Shown: positions 7,552 to 15,251, numbered from the stretch's first letter. The stretch is 15,272 bases of DNA from Elusimicrobiota bacterium (GCA_043816185.1 JBDRIG010000009.1:1-15272); one strand, 5' to 3'. Notes: generated from the sequence alone by a model not told the origin. Numbers and translations: made by a program.

Positions 7552-8853
7552 ATGAACATACATTTTAAGACATTTGGATGCAAGGTAAATCAATGTGAGT
7601 CCAATGATATGGTTACACAGGTGTGTGTCGCTGGATGTACCATAACAGCAAAACCAAATGATGCTGATACTATTGTTATAAATTCTTGCACAGTAACATC
7701 TAATGCTGATCGTAAAATAAAGCAATATTTAAGAAGATGCCAACGACTTAATCCGACTTCAAAAATATATTTAACTGGCTGTTATGTTGATCGTGCACAA
7801 AAAGAATTAAAAGGCGAATTTCCGAGTATAAAATTATTTAGAAATTCTGAAAAGCAGAATCTCATAGACATTTTAGATTTTTCGTCGTCCAGTACTCCTA
7901 TAAATGTGGGCACGAATTCTATTCGTGCGTTTGCACACGGTTACAAACAATGGGCTCAGCCACTTACCGCCACCTCACCTACGACGAACTCGCCAAACAG
8001 TTTACAATCTCCAGTATTTTCTGGCCATACACGTGCATTTGTAAATATTCAAAATGGTTGCGACGGTAAATGCTCTTATTGTATCGTGCCAAAGGTAAGA
8101 CCAAAATTATGGTCGAAAAATATTGACGATATAATTTTAGAGATTAAAAATTATGTTTCAGCAGGATATAAAGAAATTGTTTTATGTGGAATACGGTTGG
8201 GAAAATATGGTTGGGGGTTGGCTGAAAATCTACCGTTGATTGATTTGATAAAAAGGTTGGAAAAAATTGACGGTCTTTATCGAGTACGACTTTCATCAAT
8301 AGAATTAAATGATATTTCGGACGATTTAATTGAATTAATGTCGGCGTCAAAGAAATTATGCCATCATTTGCATATTCCCCTGCAATCAGGTGATGATGAA
8401 ATTTTGAAAAACATGAATAGACCATACACCATAAATAACTTTTTTGATAAAATAAAAAAAATAAGAAAAAACGTTTCAGATATAGGCATTACTACGGATA
8501 TTATTATTGGTTACCCAATTGATACCGAAAAAACACTTCAAAATACATATAATTTTGTAGAAAAATGTGCATTTTCCCGTCTTCATATTTTTGAATTTTC
8601 CAAAAGACCAAACACTGAAGCGGCTTTAATAAATAAGAGTTGTCCGTCAGCAATTATAAAAAAATGGAAGGAAAAATTTAGATTACTCGACTTAAAACTT
8701 CGTAAAGATTTTCTAAAAGAAAGTTTCACTTTTAGCAATAAAAAATTGGAAGTTTTAACCGAGTCAAACGGTTATGGTTACACATCAAATTACATCTATA
8801 TCAAACTTCCAATAGCATATCCCGAGAATGAAATAGTGTATTGTGAAAAATAA
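7552..8853 (+). CDS. mtaB: tRNA t6A37 C2-methylthiotransferase MtaB (MiaB-like radical SAM)
   Basis: UPF0004 cysteines (TFGCKVNQ, INSCTVT, LTGCYV), HTRAFVNIQNGCDGKCSYCIVP, RVRLSSIE, HLHIPLQSG, TTDIIIGYP, short TRAM-like tail (GYTSNY). Confidence 0.88.
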   Translation: MNIHFKTFGCKVNQCESNDMVTQVCVAGCTITAKPNDADTIVINSCTVTSNADRKIKQYLRRCQRLNPTSKIYLTGCYVDRAQKELKGEFPSIKLFRNSEKQNLIDILDFSSSSTPINVGTNSIRAFAHGYKQWAQPLTATSPTTNSPNSLQSPVFSGHTRAFVNIQNGCDGKCSYCIVPKVRPKLWSKNIDDIILEIKNYVSAGYKEIVLCGIRLGKYGWGLAENLPLIDLIKRLEKIDGLYRVRLSSIELNDISDDLIELMSASKKLCHHLHIPLQSGDDEILKNMNRPYTINNFFDKIKKIRKNVSDIGITTDIIIGYPIDTEKTLQNTYNFVEKCAFSRLHIFEFSKRPNTEAALINKSCPSAIIKKWKEKFRLLDLKLRKDFLKESFTFSNKKLEVLTESNGYGYTSNYIYIKLPIAYPENEIVYCEK

Positions 8854-10750
8854 AAAACTTCTAACCATTTTTGCTTTTATTATATGTAATTTTATATTGA
8901 CCCTCATTTTGGGATGTCAATATTTTAAATTTATTAGCGGATTTCCATTAGAAATATTTTTTACAGTTATCGCACATATTTCTAATACCGCTACAATTTA
9001 TATTATTCCAACTTTTTTTTTGTTCATTCTATGTTTTATAAAAATTCCGTTCCTAAAAATTGTTTCAGTAATTATATTTTTTGCTATTAATATTCTGGCT
9101 TTTGTAGACGCAGGAATTTATAGAATTTTCAGATTTCACATAAATGGTTTAGTTCTGAATATTTTCACTACGCATGGTGGCTGGGAATCTCTCGGGTTTA
9201 GTATTGCTACAAAAATTTTCTTTATTTTTGTAATTATATCGTTATTTTCTGCCGAATTATTTCTATACAATAATCTTTCTAAATTTTTTGCGAAAAAGGA
9301 AGTAAAAGAGGAATTTATAATTGCCAAAAAATATATTTTTTTTGTCTTTGCAATACTCGTTACCACTATAGTTATGGATAAAGGAATTTATGCTTACTCC
9401 GACTTGAAAAATATATCATGCATTGTTCGCCATAACAAACTTTTTCCATTGTATCAGCCACTCACAATTAAAAAATTTGCCAAAAAACATTTTAATATAA
9501 AAATTGATGAAGCAGTTTCATTTCGTTTAGATAAAAAACATTCAGGCCTCAATTATCCTCAAAAAAAATTGGAATTTTCCAAAGACCAAAATAATCTACC
9601 GAATATTGTTTTGATTCTCATTGATTCATTCAGGTTTGATATGCTCAACGAAGATATTACGCCAAATATTTATAATTTTAGCAAGGAATCGTTGGTTTTC
9701 AAAAATCATTATAGTGGTGGAAATTGTACTCGTTTCGGAGTTTTTTCTATTTTTTATGGGCTTTACGGATATTATTGGGATTTAATGCTCGGCGAGAGGC
9801 AACCACCAGTTTTTATGACATCACTTGCTCAACTTGGTTATGATTTTAAGATAGTTGCTTCTAGCGAACTTACTTTTCCAGAATTTAATAAAACCTGTTT
9901 TATTGAAATACCACCGAACAAAATCATGGACAAGCCAAAAGCCGACGATAAATCAGAAAAAGATGCTATCGTATCCAACGAGTTCATAAATTACATAGAT
10001 AAGAGAGAGCATAAAACTCCATTTTTTGCATTTTTATTTTTCGATTGTCCGCACGGTAGTTATGATTCTCCTGATGCTTTCCAGAAATTTCAACCTGCTG
10101 CAAAAACCTGTAATTATCTTCTTTTAAACAAAAACAACGTTCAGCCAGTTTTTAATAAATACAAAAACGCCGTTCATTATGATGATTATCTTGTCGGTAA
10201 AGTTATAGATAAACTCAAAAAGCATAAATTACTAAAAAACACCGTCGTAATTATATCTAGTGATCATGGTGAGGCATTTTTTGAGAAGGGTTTTTACGGC
10301 CACAACCATAGTTTTTGCGAGGAACAAGTAAAGGTTCCATTAGTTTTTTATGTTCCCAGTTATCAACATAAAAAATATACAAACATGACAAGTCATTTGG
10401 ACATACTCCCAACACTAATGTCATTTATCGGTTGTAAAAATTCACCCGATGATTATTGTCAGGGAATTCCACTTTTTGATAACAAAACCTGTCTAACCTC
10501 GTTTGATCGGGGCAATCAAACAGGGGAGGGAGTTGGACAGGAAAGAAAATTTGTTGTTTCTTACACTTGGGGTGAGATGGCTATAATTAACAATAACTTA
10601 ACCGCTGAGATTCCGTTTGAAACTCACAATATGACAGGCATAAAAATATACAACAATAATTACGAAGAACTTTGCAGTGCAGAATATAAAAAAGATGTTG
10701 TTTTTCATTTGGCAAAACTTCAAAAAGAAATAACAAGATTTCAAAAATAG
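8843..10750 (+). CDS. Membrane-anchored sulfatase-family protein, YejM/PbgA(LapC)-like (DUF3413 + sulfatase)
   Basis: About 5 N-terminal TM helices with FRFHING, then FPLYQPLT, PNIVLILIDSFRFD, HYSGGNCTRFGVFSIFYG, SSDHGE, GHN, TSHLDILPTL. GTG start overlaps the mtaB end. Confidence 0.85.
   Translation: MKNKKLLTIFAFIICNFILTLILGCQYFKFISGFPLEIFFTVIAHISNTATIYIIPTFFLFILCFIKIPFLKIVSVIIFFAINILAFVDAGIYRIFRFHINGLVLNIFTTHGGWESLGFSIATKIFFIFVIISLFSAELFLYNNLSKFFAKKEVKEEFIIAKKYIFFVFAILVTTIVMDKGIYAYSDLKNISCIVRHNKLFPLYQPLTIKKFAKKHFNIKIDEAVSFRLDKKHSGLNYPQKKLEFSKDQNNLPNIVLILIDSFRFDMLNEDITPNIYNFSKESLVFKNHYSGGNCTRFGVFSIFYGLYGYYWDLMLGERQPPVFMTSLAQLGYDFKIVASSELTFPEFNKTCFIEIPPNKIMDKPKADDKSEKDAIVSNEFINYIDKREHKTPFFAFLFFDCPHGSYDSPDAFQKFQPAAKTCNYLLLNKNNVQPVFNKYKNAVHYDDYLVGKVIDKLKKHKLLKNTVVIISSDHGEAFFEKGFYGHNHSFCEEQVKVPLVFYVPSYQHKKYTNMTSHLDILPTLMSFIGCKNSPDDYCQGIPLFDNKTCLTSFDRGNQTGEGVGQERKFVVSYTWGEMAIINNNLTAEIPFETHNMTGIKIYNNNYEELCSAEYKKDVVFHLAKLQKEITRFQK
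10488..10541. repeat. 54-bp palindromic segment in-frame within the sulfatase gene
   Basis: CCTGTCTAAC/GTTGGACAGG outer arms and GTTTGAT/ATCAAAC inner arms. GC-rich relative to the gene. Length is a multiple of 3. Confidence 0.65.
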
Positions 10751-10885
10751 AAAAAGAGTAAGTTGCTCGTCTCTGTAATAATTTTGGCAAGTTTAATGAT
10801 GGCAAACAATGACAAATGTCAAAAAACCTACCTTCAAGACATACACTTTTAGCTCTTAAATAACAAATTTTTTTCAAAAAACTGC

Positions 10886-10914
10886 TTGACAAAATGCTAA
10901 AAATTTTCTATAAA
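10886..10914 (+). promoter_or_regulatory. Putative sigma70 promoter immediately before the HIT gene
   Basis: TTGACA (10886-10891), 17-bp spacer, TATAAA (10909-10914). ATG follows after only 7 nt. Confidence 0.55.
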
Positions 10915-10921
10915 TACTGAA

Positions 10922-11266
10922 ATGTGTGATTGTGTATTTTGCAAGATTGTTGATAAAAAAATTCCTGCGAAAATTGTGCAGGAAACAACAGATTTAATTG
11001 CCATACAAGATATCAATCCGCAAGCACCAATTCATATTATAATAATTCCAAAAAAACATATACCCTCGCTAAATAAAATTATTAAATCCGATTTAGATGT
11101 TATTGCGAATGTTCATTTTTTAGCAAAGGAATTAGCAGAAAAAGAAAATATAAGTGAAGGTGGTTACAGATTAGTGGTGAATACAAATCTCGATGCAGGC
11201 CAATCAGTTTTTCATATTCACTGGCATCTTTTAGGCGGTAGAGTTATGAATTGGCCTCCTGGATAA
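10922..11266 (+). CDS. hinT: Histidine triad nucleotide-binding protein (HINT family)
   Basis: CVFCKIV, DINPQAPIH, GYRLVVN, AGQSVFHIHWHLLGGR, C-terminal WPPG. Confidence 0.95.
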   Translation: MCDCVFCKIVDKKIPAKIVQETTDLIAIQDINPQAPIHIIIIPKKHIPSLNKIIKSDLDVIANVHFLAKELAEKENISEGGYRLVVNTNLDAGQSVFHIHWHLLGGRVMNWPPG

Positions 11267-11271
11267 ATAAA

Positions 11272-11372
11272 CCCGACGACAAGTATCGAATAAAAGCATC
11301 GAATAAAAATATCAAGCAGTTGTTACATATTTATTCGGTGGTACTCAACTAAAATTTGATTTATATTCGAAT
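11272..11372. repeat. Intergenic fold-back of degenerate ATCGAATAAAA units
   Basis: Tandem ATCGAATAAAA x2 on the left and TTTATTCGGT / TATATTCGA on the right. Shares a 13-mer with 1651-1663. Confidence 0.5.
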
Positions 11373-11402
11373 ATAGCGAAGCAAAAAAAGGTGGTGTTTA
11401 AC

Positions 11403-11594
11403 TTGGCAAATATAAAAGTAAAAGAAGGCGAATCGATGGAAGGAGCGCTCAGAAGATTCAAAAGAGAATGCGAAAAAGATGGCATCTTGGCTGAAATCAA
11501 AAAGCGCGAGTTTTACGAAACACCATCAATTAAAAGAAAACGTAAGGCTGAAGAAGCAAGAAGAAAATTGAGAAAAAGAATTTTTTTCAGATAA
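11403..11594 (+). CDS. rpsU: 30S ribosomal protein bS21
   Basis: [18 protein letters not shown]...[21 protein letters not shown] start at 11403 follows SD AAGGTGGTG (11388-11396); the ORF track starts at 11391. Confidence 0.96.
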   Translation: MANIKVKEGESMEGALRRFKRECEKDGILAEIKKREFYETPSIKRKRKAEEARRKLRKRIFFR

Positions 11595-11753
11595 TTTTCA
11601 GATAAAAATAAATATAAAAGCGATTTATGAAACCGAGTTACTGTGGCGAGGTGTTGCTTTGAAATCTCGTGAATTGTGGTTTGTGAATCTTGTTTTTTGT
11701 AGTAGGTTTGGTAGTAGGTTCGGTAGACGGTGGTTTTGAAATCCCACGGCATT

Positions 11754-11986
11754 GAGGCTGTGTCGCAATAGTAAAATGTGTGTCATTACGAGCGAAGCGA
11801 AGCAATCTCGAACTTCAGCTTCAACACAGAGATTGCCACGGCTTCCTTCGGAAGTCTCGCATTCAGGCTGTGTCGCAATCCATCTTTTACCATCTATCGT
11901 TGGATTGCAGTACCATATTTTACCATCAGTTGCTATCTTCTATAAAAATGCAACTTTTTATCTCATTGCTACACAGTCTCAATGAC
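11754..11986 (+). mobile_element. MITE copy (left TIR + palindromic repeat) interrupted by a nested element
   Basis: GAGGCTGTGTCGCAAT-AGTAAAATGTGTGTCATTACGAGCGAAGCGAAGCAATCT...GAGATTGCCACGGCTTCCTTCGGAAGTCTCGC is homologous to 4612-4752 and 15026-15140. The palindrome end AATGAC resumes at 11981. Confidence 0.75.
11864..11980. mobile_element. 117-bp nested MITE with the same TIRs but a different internal sequence
   Basis: CAGGCTGTGTCGCAAT (11864-11879) and ATTGCTACACAGTCTC (11965-11980). Inserted in CTCGCATT|...|AATGAC. Internal direct repeat CCAT(C/A)TTTTACCATC. Confidence 0.7.
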
Positions 11987-12089
11987 AAATTGTCGTCATT
12001 GCACATAAGACATCGCATGAGTAAATTCGTATCTACAAACTACTTCTTGCTTCTCGTATTTCGAGGTTTGTATAGAATGGAGGTGCAGA

Positions 12090-13049
12090 TTGAAATTAAA
12101 AGAGTTTTATGATTTTATTGTGAAAGAAGGAATTTTGTCTGATCCGCGTGGCGAAGAACAGGTAATGAAAAATTTGTCAATTTCAAAACAGAAATACGAT
12201 AAAATTGATAATGAAAAAAAATTAGAGTTTGACATTGAATCTCTACAAAATCCTTACAAGGACACAAGAATACTGAACGGCTTCGGTGACGAAGAAATAA
12301 AATCAATTCTCGTTGGTATTGATATTGACACAGCAGAAATTATACTTGCAGAATGTCTTAAAAAATCTGGGAAAAAAATTGATTTGGTTTTATCACATCA
12401 TCCGTCAGGCTATGCTTATGCAAATTTTTATGAGGTCATGGGAATGCAATCGGAAATTCTCGAAAAATTCGGAGTGCCCATAAATGTTGCTGAGGGACTT
12501 TTGTCAAAAAGAATGAAAGAAGTTGCTCATCGAGTGATGCCAGTAAATCACACAAAAAGTTGTGACGCTGCAAAGCTTTTGGGAATTCCATTTATGTGTG
12601 CCCATACCGTTGCAGATAATCATGTTGCGAAATATCTTCAAGAAAAATTTGATTTAGCAAAACCGTATTTTGTTTCCGATGTGGTTAAAACGTTAAAAGC
12701 AATTCCAGAATATAAAAATGCCATTACTGAGACAGTGGGTCCTAAAATATTAGTTGGAGACGAAGAAAATCGTGCTGGTAAGGTGTTTGTTGATATGACA
12801 GGTGGCACCGAGGGTGCAATTGAATTTTTAGAGAAACTTTCTATTGCTGGTGTAGGAACAATTATAGCGATGCATATGTCGGATGAGCATATAAAAAGTG
12901 CTGAAAAGTCAAACATAAATATAGTAATTGCAGGTCACATTTCCAGCGACAACCTCGGGCTTAATCTACTTTTTGACAAAGTAGAAAATAATTTCGGACC
13001 CGTTAATTTCATTCCTTGTTCAGGCTTTCGACGACTAAAACATAGTTGA
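12090..13049 (+). CDS. NIF3 (NGG1p-interacting factor 3)-like dinuclear metal-binding protein
   Basis: NPYKDTRIL, LVGIDID, LSHHPSG, CAHTVADN, DMTGGTEG, IAMHMS, IAGHISSDNLG. TTG start with SD GGAGGTG at 12079-12085. Confidence 0.88.
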   Translation: MKLKEFYDFIVKEGILSDPRGEEQVMKNLSISKQKYDKIDNEKKLEFDIESLQNPYKDTRILNGFGDEEIKSILVGIDIDTAEIILAECLKKSGKKIDLVLSHHPSGYAYANFYEVMGMQSEILEKFGVPINVAEGLLSKRMKEVAHRVMPVNHTKSCDAAKLLGIPFMCAHTVADNHVAKYLQEKFDLAKPYFVSDVVKTLKAIPEYKNAITETVGPKILVGDEENRAGKVFVDMTGGTEGAIEFLEKLSIAGVGTIIAMHMSDEHIKSAEKSNINIVIAGHISSDNLGLNLLFDKVENNFGPVNFIPCSGFRRLKHS

Positions 13050-13052
13050 TAA

Positions 13053-13170
13053 AAAAATCGTCAACCGAAAAAAAATCCAAAATACAGAAGATACAGTGTT
13101 TAAAAAAACCAGAATCAAGAACTGGTAGTCCTATCTTTGTATTTTTTGCATTCTTTGTGGTAAGATTTTT
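13053..13170. repeat. Imperfect fold-back spanning the whole NIF3-dnaG spacer
   Basis: AAAAATC (13053-13059) / GATTTTT (13164-13170) outer pair. AAAATACAGAAGATA pairs with TATCTTTGTATTTT. A-rich left arm, T-rich right arm. Confidence 0.55.
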
Positions 13171-14880
13171 ATGCTAATTGAGGAAGCAACAATTCAGAAA
13201 GTTTTAAGTGCTTGTGATATTGTAGATGTGCTTGAAGGATATATTCGTCTTACAAAATCAGGCAGTAATTTTAAGGCAAGATGTCCGTTTCATAACGAAA
13301 AAACACCTTCTTTTATGGTAAGCCCTCAAAAGCAGATTTTTCATTGCTTTGGGTGCAATGCTGGCGGTAATGCAATAAGTTTTGTAATGAAAATAGAAGA
13401 GCTTACTTATCCTGAAGCAATCTGTAAACTTGCACAAAAATATAATATAGAAATAAAAGAAACTTACTCTGAGGCTGATAGTAAATTATCGCAAGAACGC
13501 AATACAATTTATAAAATATTAGACGACGCCAATTTGTTTTTTCAGAAACATCTTGACGATAATACCACTATAAAAAACTACCTTAAAAAAAGAGGATTAA
13601 CCGACGAAACGATAAAAAAATTTAAAATAGGTTATGCCCCCAAATTATTTCAAGCACTTCTAAATACTTTCATCAAAAAAGGATATTCAAAAGATTTACT
13701 TTACAAAGCTGGGGTTATATCGTCTAATAAAGATAGAGATTTTTTTATCGACAGAATAATATTTCCAATTTTTGATATTACCGGCAGAATTGTTGCTTTT
13801 GGTGGCAGAGTTTTGAAAGATGCGGTTCAACCTAAATATCTTAATTCACCCGAGACAACACTTTATTCAAAAAGTAGAATACTTTATGGTCTTAATTTTG
13901 CAGGGAAATCAATAAGAGAAAATAATTCTGCAATAATACTTGAGGGTTACATCGACGTTATTATGTGTCATCAGTATGGAATTACAAATACCATTGCTAC
14001 CCTAGGCACCGCTTTTACGCAGCAGCACTCTTTGCTATTAAAAAGATACACCGATAATATAATCGTTTCACTTGACTCTGATGCGGCTGGTCGTTCGTCT
14101 GCAATAAGATCGTGCGAGGTGCTTCTTAACGATGATTTATATGTAAAAATTGCCCAACTGCCAGATGATAAAGATTCTGATGAAATTTTAGTTTCCGACG
14201 GTGCAGACAAATTAAAAAATATTTTTTTAAATGTAAAATCATATATTGATTTTTTTATTGATGAAAAATCGAATTCTTTTGATGTTAAGACCATTGAAGG
14301 TAAAAGGGGTATTGTAAAATTAATTCTTCCAGTTTTATCGAAAATTCCGAATGCTGTTGTAAAATCAGAATATATAAAAATACTTTCTGAACGACTTGGA
14401 CTAAAAGAAGAAATTATAAAAATGGAAATTACTCGGCTTAAACCCGAAGTAGAATATTACAACAACAACTCAACACAACAAACAAAAAAGATTGAAAACG
14501 AAATTAATATAGTGGAAAGAAATCTTATATCAGCAATATCTTCCAACATTAAACTTGTGGATTATATACCAGAAAATTTGCAAATTGATTTTGTAAGCAA
14601 TAGAACAAAAAAAATTATTGATGTTTTTCGAAATTTAAGAAAAGGAGGCAGAAATTCTGTTACACCTGCTGAATTAATGGAATTGACGAATGATGATATT
14701 ATTTCTGAAAGCCTGATAAACAGTTCTAATCTACCTGATGCCGAAAAATTTGTAAAATCATTTATAGATACTGTGTTGGTAAATATAGAAAAAAAGAAAT
14801 TGGAAAAAATAAAAGTTAGCGATATAAAACAATTTGTAGAAATTTCTAGAAAAATCAAAGGGTCAAAAAAAAATCTTTAA
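13171..14880 (+). CDS. dnaG: DNA primase
   Basis: CHC2 zinc finger CPFHNEKTPSF...FHCFGC, FGGR, PKYLNSPET, TOPRIM EGYID / DSDAAG, DnaB-binding region. Confidence 0.98.
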   Translation: MLIEEATIQKVLSACDIVDVLEGYIRLTKSGSNFKARCPFHNEKTPSFMVSPQKQIFHCFGCNAGGNAISFVMKIEELTYPEAICKLAQKYNIEIKETYSEADSKLSQERNTIYKILDDANLFFQKHLDDNTTIKNYLKKRGLTDETIKKFKIGYAPKLFQALLNTFIKKGYSKDLLYKAGVISSNKDRDFFIDRIIFPIFDITGRIVAFGGRVLKDAVQPKYLNSPETTLYSKSRILYGLNFAGKSIRENNSAIILEGYIDVIMCHQYGITNTIATLGTAFTQQHSLLLKRYTDNIIVSLDSDAAGRSSAIRSCEVLLNDDLYVKIAQLPDDKDSDEILVSDGADKLKNIFLNVKSYIDFFIDEKSNSFDVKTIEGKRGIVKLILPVLSKIPNAVVKSEYIKILSERLGLKEEIIKMEITRLKPEVEYYNNNSTQQTKKIENEINIVERNLISAISSNIKLVDYIPENLQIDFVSNRTKKIIDVFRNLRKGGRNSVTPAELMELTNDDIISESLINSSNLPDAEKFVKSFIDTVLVNIEKKKLEKIKVSDIKQFVEISRKIKGSKKNL

Positions 14881-15025
14881 TAAAGGGTGATAAAATATTG
14901 GACACACAAACTATTGTGGCTGTAGTAAGTGTTGTTGGTTGTGATGTTGACTGCAGACACGGTTTGTGTGGATGGTGCGACTAACCGAGATTGCTTCGTC
15001 ACTCATTTCATTTGCTTCTCGCAAT

Positions 15026-15140
15026 CAGACTGTGTCACAATAGCAAAATGTGTGTCATTACGAGCGAAGAGCGAAGCAATCTTTAAAACATTTCTCGTCG
15101 GAAAGAGATTGCCGCGGCTTCCTTCGGAAGACTCGCAATG
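15026..15140 (+). mobile_element. Truncated MITE copy (left TIR + palindromic repeat) inserted after a palindrome half-site
   Basis: CAGACTGTGTCACAAT at 15026-15041. Near-identical to the reverse complement of 4641-4752. Preceded by GAGATTGCTTCGTC...CTCGCAAT (14987-15025). No right TIR seen. Confidence 0.75.
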
Positions 15141-15232
15141 GTATAATGGAAAAGCAAGCTTCCTTCCGGGGAGGTCATAAAGTAACGCATAAAAGCGCAG
15201 ACCTTTTGTGATCTTTTCAAACGATCAAAAGT

Positions 15233-15251
15233 GGTGTATAATATATACACC
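15233..15251 (+). promoter_or_regulatory. Palindrome GGTGTATA-N3-TATACACC overlapping a TATAAT -10 box
   Basis: Perfect 8-bp arms at 15233-15240 and 15244-15251. TATAAT at 15237-15242. SD-like TAAGGA at the window end. Confidence 0.35.

Noticed and set aside
5025..8853. Two radical SAM genes as a RiPP or novel cofactor cluster
   Set aside because: One is clearly MtaB and the other a common stand-alone COG0731-type protein; no precursor peptide or transporter is seen.
11752..12112. ORFs of 77 and 110 aa (also 14929-15180 and 11513-11752)
   Set aside because: Peptides such as SLRAKRSNL and RLPRLPSE are just translations of the palindromic repeat/MITE, so these are likely spurious.
1613..14858. 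Short antisense ORFs in the track (e.g. 2208-2444, 5668-5901, 6981-7199, 8144-8425, 12638-12916, 13971-14294, 14562-14858)
   Set aside because: Shadow frames fully overlapping well-supported genes on the opposite strand.
14898..14984. 28-aa Cys-rich mini-ORF (MDTQTIVAVVSVVGCDVDCRHGLCGWCD) with SD-like AAAGGGTGA
   Set aside because: Built from a G/T-rich tract and REP-like repeat DNA, with no modifying enzymes adjacent. The SD may be a relic of the original downstream gene start.
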